A stretch of DNA of 64,000 bases, taken from contig JACPMZ010000010.1 of assembly GCA_016185705.1 (NCBI GenBank), forward strand, positions 913-64,912, read 5' to 3'. Position numbers and translations under genes: made by a program. The first letter of the stretch is position 1. Each line of letters begins with the position of its first letter. The notes under the pieces are model-generated. The model searched no databases. It was not told the origin of the DNA and saw only the letters and a program-made list of their open reading frames with translations. Positions 18,845 through 27,588 of this stretch are shown piece by piece. This DNA comes from Candidatus Woesearchaeota archaeon. GTDB taxonomy: Archaea; Nanobdellota; Nanobdellia; Woesearchaeales; UBA10216.

Positions 18845-20110
18845 ATGGTGAGCGACGACTTTTTTGGCAGTGCCTTGAAGCAGTTAGAGCAGGCCTTGGA
18901 GCATGCAAGCATTAGCTTGGAAGCCAAGAAAATTTTAATGCAGCCGAAGGCTGTGCTTGAAGTAAAGATTCCTGTGGGAATGGATGATGGGCGCGTGAAG
19001 ATTTTTACCGGGTTCAGGGTGAGGTATAATGACGCGTTAGGTCCTGCAAAGGGCGGAATCAGGTACCACCCCTTGGTCAGCCTGAATGAAGTGACTGCCT
19101 TGGCTTTTTTGATGACGCTTAAGTGCGCTGCTGTCGGAATCCCCTTTGGAGGGGCCAAGGGCGGCGTTGCGGTCGATCCGAAAAATCTTTCGCAACGCGA
19201 GCTGGAATCTTTAAGCAGAGGGTACGTGAGGGCGGTTTATGATTTTATCGGGCCGGACTCAGACATTCCGGCGCCTGACGTGTATACGAATGAGACGATT
19301 ATGGGCTGGATGTCGGATGAATATAACAGAATCTCCAGAAAGCTTGTGCCTGCCGCATTTACGGGCAAGCCGGTAAGTATAGGCGGAAGTCTGGGAAGAA
19401 ACACTGCAACGGCTATGGGTGCTTATTTTGTGCTGAAAGAGCTCATCAGGCAACTGAAGTTGAATGGAAAAGAGCTTACGGTTGCAGTGCAGGGTTTCGG
19501 CAATGCGGGCTATAACATTGCAAAGCTGCTCCATAATGACGGCTTAAAAATAGTGGCTGTAAGCGATTCCAAAGGAGGCGTTTATGCTCAGGGTGGCTTG
19601 CATCCGGATTCTGTTATGAAGGTTAAAGAGAGTAAGGGGATGATAGATGGCGTTTACTGCAGGGGGAGCGTTTGCGATGATATAGAGCATGCGCACATTA
19701 CTAACGAGCAGCTTCTGGAGGTAGATGCCGATATACTGATTCCGGCTGCCATTGAAGGCCAGATAACGGAAAAGAATGCTGGCAAAGTGAAAGCTAAAAT
19801 CGTGTGCGAGGTGGCAAACGGCCCAACGACTGCTGGCGCAGATAAAGTGCTGCATGAAAGGGGTGTTGCCGTTGTTCCTGATATTTTGGCAAATGCTGGA
19901 GGGGTGATGGTTAGCTATTTTGAATGGGTGCAGAACAGGGCTGGCCTTTACTGGAGTTCAGACGAGATTCGCGGCAGACTGGAAAGTGGGATGCTTAAGG
20001 CGTTCCGCGACATTTACGAGATGGCGCAGCAATTAAAGACCAGTATGAGAATGGCTGCATACGTCCACGCTGCCAAAAAAGTTGTTGAGGCGATGGCTCA
20101 TCGCAGCTGA
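18845..20110 (+). CDS. gdhA: Glutamate dehydrogenase
   Basis: GGAKGG motif and the GFGNAGYN Rossmann motif. RBS GAGGG before ATG 18845. Confidence 0.9.
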   Translation: MVSDDFFGSALKQLEQALEHASISLEAKKILMQPKAVLEVKIPVGMDDGRVKIFTGFRVRYNDALGPAKGGIRYHPLVSLNEVTALAFLMTLKCAAVGIPFGGAKGGVAVDPKNLSQRELESLSRGYVRAVYDFIGPDSDIPAPDVYTNETIMGWMSDEYNRISRKLVPAAFTGKPVSIGGSLGRNTATAMGAYFVLKELIRQLKLNGKELTVAVQGFGNAGYNIAKLLHNDGLKIVAVSDSKGGVYAQGGLHPDSVMKVKESKGMIDGVYCRGSVCDDIEHAHITNEQLLEVDADILIPAAIEGQITEKNAGKVKAKIVCEVANGPTTAGADKVLHERGVAVVPDILANAGGVMVSYFEWVQNRAGLYWSSDEIRGRLESGMLKAFRDIYEMAQQLKTSMRMAAYVHAAKKVVEAMAHRS

Positions 20111-20152
20111 TAGAGCGAAAAGCTTGGGCAAGGTTAAGGAGGTGCTTACACA

Positions 20153-20479
20153 ATGAAGGAAACACCCTACAAGTTGTTTTTCAGGGCTGTCTCAAACAAA
20201 ACGAGGTGCGACATAGTGAGCCTTTTAATGAAAGGCCCGAAGAGCGTTACGCAGCTCTGCAGAAAGCTTGGCTTTGAGCAGAGCAGGGTTTCGCACAACC
20301 TTAAATGCCTTGAGATGTGCGGGTTTGTAAGCGGCAAGTACGAGGGAAAAAGCAGGGTATACTCTCTGACTCCGGAGGTAATGCAGGTGTTGAATGCCAT
20401 TGACAGGCATTTGGTTAAGTATCATGAGCATTTGAAATCATGCGGCGCTTTGGAGAATCACATGAAAGCCAAGCGATAA
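20153..20479 (+). CDS. ArsR-family HTH regulator
   Basis: 108 aa wHTH with Cys residues (CDIVSLL, CLEMCGF). Confidence 0.7.
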   Translation: MKETPYKLFFRAVSNKTRCDIVSLLMKGPKSVTQLCRKLGFEQSRVSHNLKCLEMCGFVSGKYEGKSRVYSLTPEVMQVLNAIDRHLVKYHEHLKSCGALENHMKAKR

Positions 20480-20505
20480 AAAAAATTGCAGGAGGTGGAT
20501 GAAAA

Positions 20506-20574
20506 ATGGCGAAAGACAAAACGTGCGGCTGCGGTTCGGGAAAGAAGGAAAAGGACTGCTGCGGAAGCGGCTAA
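20506..20574 (+). CDS. SEC-C motif mini-protein (22 aa)
   Basis: MAKDKTCGCGSGKKEKDCCGSG matches the SecA C-terminal zinc motif CxCxSGx8CC. Strong RBS GGAGGTGG. Confidence 0.5.
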   Translation: MAKDKTCGCGSGKKEKDCCGSG

Positions 20575-20799
20575 GTTTGAGTTGCAAACTATGGAGGTGA
20601 TTTGCATGTGCGGAACTTGTGGCGATGGCGGAGGCGCTTAAGCGCTTCCAGCCCAATCTGCCTTATGCTTACAGATTCAATAAAAGCAGGACAGGAAAAG
20701 GTGGAAAGGAATGAAAAACGTATTGATTGTGGTTTTGGCAAAGGTACATTGAGGAGTATTACGAAGTTCCTTTTGATTAATGACATGGAGGCGATAAGA

Positions 20800-21039
20800 A
20801 TGGCAAAAGTAAAGGTTTACAGCACACCAACATGCCCTTGGTGCAAGAAGACAAAAGAGCTGCTGAATGAGAACAGCATCGGTTTTGAGGACATTAATGT
20901 TGCTGCGGACTCTAAAGCGGCGCAGGAGATGTTCAGGAAGTCCGGACAGATGGGCGTTCCGGTGACTGACATTGACGGTCAGATAATTGTCGGATTTGAC
21001 AAGCTAAAGTTGAAACAGCTGTTGAAAATCAGCGGATGA
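20800..21039 (+). CDS. Glutaredoxin/NrdH-like redoxin
   Basis: MAKVKVYSTPTCPWCKK. RBS GGAGG before ATG 20800. The ORF track extends from 20602. Confidence 0.75.
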   Translation: MAKVKVYSTPTCPWCKKTKELLNENSIGFEDINVAADSKAAQEMFRKSGQMGVPVTDIDGQIIVGFDKLKLKQLLKISG

Positions 21040-21070
21040 AGAAAAGAAATACTTGTTGCCAGTGGGTGTC

Positions 21071-21202
21071 ATGATGAAAGAGGTGGTGCGCTTGGCCTGT
21101 GAGGTTTGCATTGAGGGAGAGAAGGGCAGAATCTGCATTGACATCTGTAAATTCATGGAGACAGGCAGGATGGAGTGCAGGTTCAGGGAAAGGCTACTTT
21201 GA
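21071..21202 (+). CDS. Small Cys-rich protein (43 aa), hypothetical
   Basis: [43 protein letters not shown]. Weak RBS. Overlaps the copA 3' end. Confidence 0.25.
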   Translation: MMKEVVRLACEVCIEGEKGRICIDICKFMETGRMECRFRERLL

Positions 21203-23788
21203 TGCGTCAAAGTAGCCTTTTGCCCTGTAACTTTTCATGAGCAGCGAGTTGCTCAGCACGCTCACTGAGCTGAATGCCATGGCAATCCCTGCTATTATCG
21301 GATTCAGCAAAAAGCCTGTGAACGGGAACAGGATGCCTGCTGCTATCGGGATTCCTGCGGTGTTGTAAAAGAATGCCCAGAAGAGGTTCTGCTTGATTTT
21401 TTTCAGGGCGTAATTGCTCAAATCAATGGCTGTAACTACGTCTCTTAAGTCGTTTTTCACCAAAACAACATCGCCTGTCTCTATCGCCACGTCTGTGCCG
21501 GAGCCGATAGCTATTCCAATATCTGCCTGCGCAAGCGCAGGCGCATCATTTATGCCGTCTCCAACCATTGCCACTTTCAGCCCTTTTTCCTGCAGCTTCT
21601 TTATCTCGTTTTCCTTCTCTTCCGGAAGCACTTCCGCAAGCACTTCGTCTATTCCGAGCTGTCTTGCAATGGCTGCTGCTGTTTTCCTGTTATCGCCTGT
21701 TATCATCATTACTTTTTTTCCCATTTTGTGCAGCTGCTCAACTGCTTCTTTTGAATAGTCTTTTATCGTATCAGCTACAGCTATCACTCCGGATATTTTC
21801 TTCCCTGTGGCTACGAGCATTACTGTTTTGCCTGCTTTCTCAAGCTTTTGTATGGAGCTCTCAGCGTTTTTTGTGTCAATGCTGAACTGTTCCATCAGCT
21901 TTCTGTTGCCTACGAGAATTTTTTTCCCGTTTGAGACTGCTGTCACGCCTTTTCCGGTAACAGAGTTGAAGTTTGTGATTCGCAGCAGCTTTAGCTCTTT
22001 CTTTTCAGCGGCTTTTACAATAGCCGTGCTTAACGGGTGCTCTGATTTTTTTTCAACAGCTGCTGCCAGTTTCAGTATTTCATTCCTGCTGCCGTTGAAT
22101 GCTGCCACTTCAGTTACTTCAGGCGTCCCTTTTGTAAGCGTCCCTGTCTTGTCAAAGATTATTGTGTCAACTTTTCCTGTTTTCTGCAGCGCCTCTGCAG
22201 TCTTGAAAAGTATCCCGTTTTGCGCTCCTATCCCTGAGCCGACCATTATTGCTGTTGGCGTTGCCAGGCCAAGGGCGCATGGGCAGGCAATTATAAGAAC
22301 TGCAATAAATATCGTAAGGGCAAAAACAAAGCCAAAGCCGAGCGCATACCATAATAAGAACGAAATTATGCCGATAACGACCACTGCCGGGACAAAGTAT
22401 GAGGAGATTGCGTCTGCAAGTTTCTGGATGGGCGCTTTGCTTCCCTGCGCCTCCTCGACAAGCTTTATTATCTGGGCAAGGACAGTGTCTTTTCCTACTT
22501 TCGTTGCCCTGAATGTAAAGCTGCCTGTCTTGTTTATTGATGCTCCGACAACGCTGCTGCCTTTTGCTTTCTCTACAGGGATGCTCTCCCCTGTAACCAT
22601 TGACTCGTCAACAGAGGAGTGGCCTTCAACAATAACTCCGTCAACAGGGATTTTCTGGCCTGGCTTGACTATAACTGCATCCCCCACAGCTACTTCATCA
22701 ACATTTACTTCAACCTCTTTTCCTTTCCTCAGAACAATTGCCTTTTTTGCCTGCAGTCCGAGAAGCTTCTTTATCGCTTCTGAAGTTCTGCCCCTTGCAA
22801 CTGCTTCCAGGTATCTGCCAAGCAAAATGAACATTATCAGCAGCCCTGCAATTTCGTAATAGAGGCTGCTGTGGCCGTAGTCTGCATTGCCGCTCCATAT
22901 GATGGCTGACACGGCAAGGCTGTAAAGGTATGCTGCTCCTGTTCCGGCTGCTATGAGCGTGTCCATGTTTGCAGTTCTGGTGCGTATAACTGCGGAAATC
23001 CCCTTGGTGAAGAATTCGTAGCCTGCAAGCATTATCGGGGTTGTGAGGAGGAACTGGATTAAGGCAATGTTTTCCTCAGCAAATGCAGGTATTGGCATGC
23101 CGAATGCTGAGCCCATGGCAAAGTAAAGCAGCGGCAGCCCCAAAACAGCAGAAATCAGAAGCTTGATTTTCAGTATCCTTGTCTCTTTTTCTCTGGCTGC
23201 TTTTTCAGCATCCAAATCCTCGCTGAATTTTTCCGGCTCATAGCCCGCATTTCTTATCGTTTTCATTATTTTTTCAAGCGTGACTTGTTTTGGCTCATAA
23301 TTCACTACAGCCCGTTCAATGGCAAAACTGGCGTCCACTTTCAGCACTCCAGGCTGCTTTTTCAGGGCTGATTCAACGATTCCTGCGCAGTGCTGCGAGG
23401 ACATGCCTCTCACTTTCAGGGCAACTTCAGCGGCTTTTCCGGCAGGCGCTTTTATGACTTCGTAGCCGCTTTTCTTCACCGCATCCTCCAGCGCCGCATC
23501 GCTGACTTTTGAGCCGTCGTATTCAACAGAAGCTTTTTCAGAGGCATAATTTACGCTGGCGCTGATGACTCCGGGAATTTTTTTAATCTCTTTCTCAATT
23601 TTCACAGCGCAGGAAGCGCAGTGCATTCCCTTCAGGGGCAGTATTTTTTTGGTTGCCGCCCTTTTTCCAAGAAAGCTGTCGTAGCACTGTTTGCTGCAAA
23701 AAAAGTATTTCTTCCCGTTCTTTGCGGCAGAAAACCTGGCTTTTTTATCGTCAACTTCCATTCCGCACACAGGGTCTTTCGCGCTCAT
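21194..23788 (-). CDS. copA: Copper-translocating P1B-type ATPase with N-terminal YHS/TRASH and two HMA domains
   Basis: DPVCGMEV...C..C (YHS/TRASH), [12 protein letters not shown] and [11 protein letters not shown] (HMA), CPC, DKTGT, GDGIND. Confidence 0.9.
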   Translation of the reverse strand: MSAKDPVCGMEVDDKKARFSAAKNGKKYFFCSKQCYDSFLGKRAATKKILPLKGMHCASCAVKIEKEIKKIPGVISASVNYASEKASVEYDGSKVSDAALEDAVKKSGYEVIKAPAGKAAEVALKVRGMSSQHCAGIVESALKKQPGVLKVDASFAIERAVVNYEPKQVTLEKIMKTIRNAGYEPEKFSEDLDAEKAAREKETRILKIKLLISAVLGLPLLYFAMGSAFGMPIPAFAEENIALIQFLLTTPIMLAGYEFFTKGISAVIRTRTANMDTLIAAGTGAAYLYSLAVSAIIWSGNADYGHSSLYYEIAGLLIMFILLGRYLEAVARGRTSEAIKKLLGLQAKKAIVLRKGKEVEVNVDEVAVGDAVIVKPGQKIPVDGVIVEGHSSVDESMVTGESIPVEKAKGSSVVGASINKTGSFTFRATKVGKDTVLAQIIKLVEEAQGSKAPIQKLADAISSYFVPAVVVIGIISFLLWYALGFGFVFALTIFIAVLIIACPCALGLATPTAIMVGSGIGAQNGILFKTAEALQKTGKVDTIIFDKTGTLTKGTPEVTEVAAFNGSRNEILKLAAAVEKKSEHPLSTAIVKAAEKKELKLLRITNFNSVTGKGVTAVSNGKKILVGNRKLMEQFSIDTKNAESSIQKLEKAGKTVMLVATGKKISGVIAVADTIKDYSKEAVEQLHKMGKKVMMITGDNRKTAAAIARQLGIDEVLAEVLPEEKENEIKKLQEKGLKVAMVGDGINDAPALAQADIGIAIGSGTDVAIETGDVVLVKNDLRDVVTAIDLSNYALKKIKQNLFWAFFYNTAGIPIAAGILFPFTGFLLNPIIAGIAMAFSSVSVLSNSLLMKSYRAKGYFDASK

Positions 23789-23836
23789 TTGTTCAGTCTT
23801 CTGGCTGTATTTACGGCAATTTATATAAATATGCAG

Positions 23837-23929
23837 TTATTTGCTGAGTTTCAGCTTAACACCGCACATGCTGCACTTTCCTGGAGCTTTGTATTCCATT
23901 CCGCATTCAGAACATTTGTATTTTGTCAT
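23837..23929 (-). CDS. TRASH/zinc-ribbon-like mini metallochaperone (30 aa)
   Basis: MTKYKCSECGMEYKAPGKCSMCGVKLKLSK. Its CxxCGME motif is shared with the copA N-terminus. Ends 48 nt upstream of copA. Confidence 0.45.
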   Translation of the reverse strand: MTKYKCSECGMEYKAPGKCSMCGVKLKLSK

Positions 23930-23941
23930 TTTTCCTGCAAT

Positions 23942-23990
23942 TTGCTATTTAGCAAATCCCGCAAAAGTTCAAAAATTATCGGGATTTGCT
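23942..23990. promoter_or_regulatory. Palindromes in the putative cop promoter (TTGCTATTTAGCAA; gcaaatcccg/cgggatttgc; ATTTGCTATT x2)
   Basis: Dyad symmetry lying just upstream of the mini-TRASH start (its first codon is complement 23929..23927) and downstream of the ATP-cone gene. Confidence 0.35.
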
Positions 23991-24010
23991 ATTATAAAGT
24001 CCATCAACAG

Positions 24011-24307
24011 TCAGGACACATCCCTGTGCGTTTCGTACATGAATGAAGCGTTTCGGTCATGCTTTTTCAGATATCCGGTTATTTGCCTGTGGAGTTGATG
24101 CGAAGTTACAGCTTTCCTGTCATCAATCCATTTGCGCAAATCTTTGCAGACTTCTGCTGCCGCTTTTTCTGCGGTCAGCTCTGTTTGGTGTGCAGCCAGG
24201 CAGGCAGCATATACTGACGCATATGCCTTTCTTTCGTCAAATTTTTCTCTGTGGCCGTGGCGCTTCACTACATGAATTTCCTTTTTTGCTGTTTTTTTCT
24301 TTGCCAT
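24011..24307 (-). CDS. ATP-cone domain protein
   Basis: IHVVKRHGHREKFDERKAYASVYAAC fits the ATP-cone consensus (VVKRDGxxExFDxxKI). Confidence 0.5.
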   Translation of the reverse strand: MAKKKTAKKEIHVVKRHGHREKFDERKAYASVYAACLAAHQTELTAEKAAAEVCKDLRKWIDDRKAVTSHQLHRQITGYLKKHDRNASFMYETHRDVS

Positions 24308-24308
24308 T

Positions 24309-25019
24309 TTAGCCGAAGTTGATTGTTCCGTTTGCTATCAGCATGAGCAGGAAGCCCATGGAAATCAGCAGCAGGCCTACAATAAGCCGCATGAATCCGC
24401 GGTAGTCCTGTTTCCATTTTTTAACCTTGTAAAGTTTGGTTCCTGTGGCTACAAGCATTAGTATGACTATCAGGGGCGCTACAAATATTATGTTGTACAG
24501 TATAAGCAGCATGAAAGCAGTAAAGTCAAAATACTGCGATAAGAGGGTTATGATCGCAAGGTACGGCGCGCCTGTGCATGGAAGCTCAACCACAGACACA
24601 AATGCGCCAAGGAGAATTATTCCGGGCACGGTTGTTTTTGAAGCGTGCTGATGCATCCTTTTTGCAAAGACCGAAGGAATTTGCAAAGAAAACCATTTTC
24701 CATACCAAAAATAGTCTTTAATCTCAATCAGCCCGGCAATTATTATTATCAGCCCAACGGCTATTGACAGGTATTCTGTCAAGTACAGGGGTATGCTTGA
24801 AAAAAGATATACAAGCCCGAGGCCTGCTATCAGATAAACTGCAAACACAGCCAATATGTATAAGCTGCCCAGTGCAAGCATGCGCTTCATGGAGCTTTTT
24901 CCGGCAAGCAGAACAGAAATCATTAAGATTAAAACTCCTATTGCGCAAGGATTAATTGAGTCAATGACTGCTGTAATCACTACAGTTCCTAACGCGGGAA
25001 GATATGCTTCAACTGCCAC
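24309..25019 (-). CDS. ccdA: CcdA/DsbD-family membrane thiol-disulfide transporter, second copy
   Basis: NPCAIGVL and ELPCTGAPYL motifs in a polytopic membrane protein. Confidence 0.75.
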   Translation of the reverse strand: MAVEAYLPALGTVVITAVIDSINPCAIGVLILMISVLLAGKSSMKRMLALGSLYILAVFAVYLIAGLGLVYLFSSIPLYLTEYLSIAVGLIIIIAGLIEIKDYFWYGKWFSLQIPSVFAKRMHQHASKTTVPGIILLGAFVSVVELPCTGAPYLAIITLLSQYFDFTAFMLLILYNIIFVAPLIVILMLVATGTKLYKVKKWKQDYRGFMRLIVGLLLISMGFLLMLIANGTINFG

Positions 25020-25926
25020 TCAGTTCACCCCTTGCAGCAGCCAGCCGGTATGTTTCGCATATGTTTTCTGTAGAATCCTTTTCCTCACCAAATTCCACAA
25101 TTATGCAGTCTCCTGGAGGAACGTTTGGCTCCGGGGATAAAACATAATTTTCAAAATCATCCGGTTTTATCTGCTCGTAAACCCATTTTTTCCGCTGGTC
25201 AGGATTCTTGACCTTGTACAGGAATACCTGTAGTTTCCCCTGCTTTCCGTCGCACAAGTCGCCATTTGCCATCTCAACCAGCCCTTCATTTGTAGGAATT
25301 GACATGGAATCAGCATTAAGTTCAGCTCCGATAACATGGAAAAAATTGTGCAGGGCAACATCTCCATCATCAACAACAACGCCTTCCACGTGAATGCGGT
25401 TATCGCCGTGCTCATGGAAAGTGGAAGATCCTACTCTGTTCTCAAATCCGTGAGGGTCGGTCAAATCAAGCTTTTCTCCGCAATTGTATATTTCAAAATC
25501 CGCATGCCAATGGACCGGCCCTTTGGTCTGTGAAGCCAGGTTAAGATAGATGGTGGAGCCTGCTGTGTAAGCTGCTGCTGATACAGTAACAAGCACTATC
25601 AAAGAGAACAGAACCATCTTTATGGAGTTGCTGTTCTTCATAGTCTTAGTGCCGAAAGTGGCCATTAATATCAGAATCGCAATAACTGACAAGGCATATG
25701 CCACGACCTTTAGCGTGCTTAGCTTGACAGATTCCTCCAGTCCTGCAGATACAGACTCCTCAGCATGCTCTTCATCTGAGTGTTCATCTCCCTCCTGATG
25801 TTCGGAAACCGCTTCATCGCTGTGCGCTGATGCTGCGATTAATACCATCAGGAAAATAAGCGGAAAAAGCAGTATTTTTATGAAGCTGAAATGGTTCATT
25901 GCCGCAGCAGAATTTCCATACACCAC
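25009..25926 (-). CDS. Membrane-anchored protein with an acidic His-rich stretch plus the novel His/Cys extracytoplasmic domain
   Basis: SDEAVSEHQEGDEHSDEEHAEE, then VHWHADFEIY...FHEHGD...C...C. Overlaps ccdA2 by 11 nt. Confidence 0.65.
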   Translation of the reverse strand: MVYGNSAAAMNHFSFIKILLFPLIFLMVLIAASAHSDEAVSEHQEGDEHSDEEHAEESVSAGLEESVKLSTLKVVAYALSVIAILILMATFGTKTMKNSNSIKMVLFSLIVLVTVSAAAYTAGSTIYLNLASQTKGPVHWHADFEIYNCGEKLDLTDPHGFENRVGSSTFHEHGDNRIHVEGVVVDDGDVALHNFFHVIGAELNADSMSIPTNEGLVEMANGDLCDGKQGKLQVFLYKVKNPDQRKKWVYEQIKPDDFENYVLSPEPNVPPGDCIIVEFGEEKDSTENICETYRLAAARGELSGS

Positions 25927-26387
25927 TTTTGCACCCTGTAGCTGAATAACCGTGAATAACTAAAGGTAAGGGGACTTTATAAAAGTACCGATTTTAGGTA
26001 ATTTCAAGTTAAGTGGCAAAACCATCGCACACTGCTCTGATTTTTTTCTCCCCCCTTAAAAAATAAGGGGGGAGAAAAAAATCAGCCAAGCAGGCATCGG
26101 CAAGCTCAGGATTGCAGGACACACAACTTGACATTATCCGATTTTATGCAGCAGTAGTGGTTTATAGAAGTAGTGCCGGCATTTGCAGTGGTGTTTGCAG
26201 CATTCTATGCTGTATCTTGGAGTGCCTGGCGTTTGCTGCCTGACCAATCCTTTAAAGCTGGATGCTGAGTTATAGGAAATAACCTTGATTTTCGTATGTT
26301 TTGAAATGATTGTAAGGTTATTTCCTAATAAGCAAATCACTTATTCGTTAGGAACAAAATTCCGATTATTAAAGTGATTTGCTATAA

Positions 26388-27143
26388 TCATCGGTCATGC
26401 TTTCCGAATTTTTCTATTTTTCTTTTCGCTGACTTAAGGTGCCTGCCGGTCTTTTGGGCTGCAACTGCGTACTTGTCAGCTTCCCTCTCCTCTTTTTCCA
26501 GAGATTCAGAAGCGCTTATGAACATTGACAAAGGCGTGAACATCCTGAGCAGGTTTGCCGAAAATTTCCAGAAGTAAGCCCTGCTTCTGTGATGGCTCAG
26601 CTCGTGCAGCAGCACTGCCTCAACCTCCTTTTTAGAAAGAGCTTCCGAAAGCCCTGCGGACACGAATATGGCGGGCTTCAGGTTTGTTATGGAATACGCC
26701 ACAGGCATTGCCTCATTCAGCGAATAAACTTTGGGCTCCTTTATCTTAAGCTCTTTAGACTTCTCCGCAACCAGCTGCTTCATAAAGCCAGCATCCACAA
26801 CTTTGCTCCTGCTTGACCAGTTGTACAGGAACGGCAGAGCAGCAAAGCCCAGAGCTGCTGCTGCCAGGCCTGCAAGGGGCGTGAAAAGCATGAACATCTT
26901 TGGGCTGCAGCTCATGACAGGCATCAGGCACTTCCATGTGAATGCTGAAAACACAAACGGAAAAATCAGAAAAATTACATGCGCTGCAAGAAAGTTTATC
27001 TTAAGCCGTATGCTTTCCGAATTTTTGAAAAGAGCATAAAACAGCCCGGAAGCGAGCAGGGAAAAAGCGAGCGCGTAAAAGCTGATTGGGTTGTGAATGA
27101 GGTTGTTGAAGTACACGTTCCACATAAGCAGCTGCTCAATCAT
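26388..27143 (-). CDS. BlaR1/M56-family membrane metalloprotease sensor
   Basis: Four TM segments and an HELSHH zinc motif. Downstream of the BlaI-like gene with a 4-nt overlap. Confidence 0.65.
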   Translation of the reverse strand: MIEQLLMWNVYFNNLIHNPISFYALAFSLLASGLFYALFKNSESIRLKINFLAAHVIFLIFPFVFSAFTWKCLMPVMSCSPKMFMLFTPLAGLAAAALGFAALPFLYNWSSRSKVVDAGFMKQLVAEKSKELKIKEPKVYSLNEAMPVAYSITNLKPAIFVSAGLSEALSKKEVEAVLLHELSHHRSRAYFWKFSANLLRMFTPLSMFISASESLEKEEREADKYAVAAQKTGRHLKSAKRKIEKFGKHDR

Positions 27144-27502
27144 TTTTTTGCCCTGCCTTCCAGCGCTTCGTTAAAGTACACTATTGCTTTGGAGCCGAAC
27201 TTGTCAACCAAGGAATCAACCACTTTCTCCACAGCGTTTCTTTCAAACATTTCCCTGTCCTTCTCCAGCGCGTACACAAACCGGATTCCTCCTCTGGCAG
27301 TTTCAACTTCCCTTTTGACAAGCCCTTTCCTGAACAGCCTGTCCATAATCACCGAAACGCTGCTCTTGGAAGCTCGCCCCCTGACTATCATGTATATGTC
27401 CTTTGCCCGATACTTTTTGCCGGGCTTCAGAGCCATTATTATTCGGCTTTCCAGCGGGCTTAAAGAATCAGCCACTTCAGCCACGCCTTTCATAAGCCGC
27501 AT
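27140..27502 (-). CDS. BlaI/MecI/CopY-family transcriptional repressor
   Basis: 120-aa wHTH penicillinase-repressor family. Confidence 0.65.
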   Translation of the reverse strand: MRLMKGVAEVADSLSPLESRIIMALKPGKKYRAKDIYMIVRGRASKSSVSVIMDRLFRKGLVKREVETARGGIRFVYALEKDREMFERNAVEKVVDSLVDKFGSKAIVYFNEALEGRAKK

Positions 27503-27523
27503 GTGCCATTCGGGTATAAATAC

Positions 27524-27541
27524 TTTTCGCTACAAATTCTT
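27524..27541. promoter_or_regulatory. Candidate BlaI/CopY-type operator GCTACAAATTCTTGTAGC (TACA-N6-TGTA)
   Basis: Perfect 7-bp inverted repeat in the divergent promoter between blaI-like and 27589. Flanked by TATA-like GGTATAAATAC and GTTTAAATAC. Confidence 0.45.
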
Positions 27542-27588
27542 GTAGCTATTGGAAAAGTTTAAATACAGGAACGAAAACACAGTTTTTA

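Noticed and set aside
21807-22859. 350-aa plus-strand ORF, and other ORFs inside copA
   Set aside because: Antisense to copA. Low-complexity Ser/Ala/Phe-rich translation.
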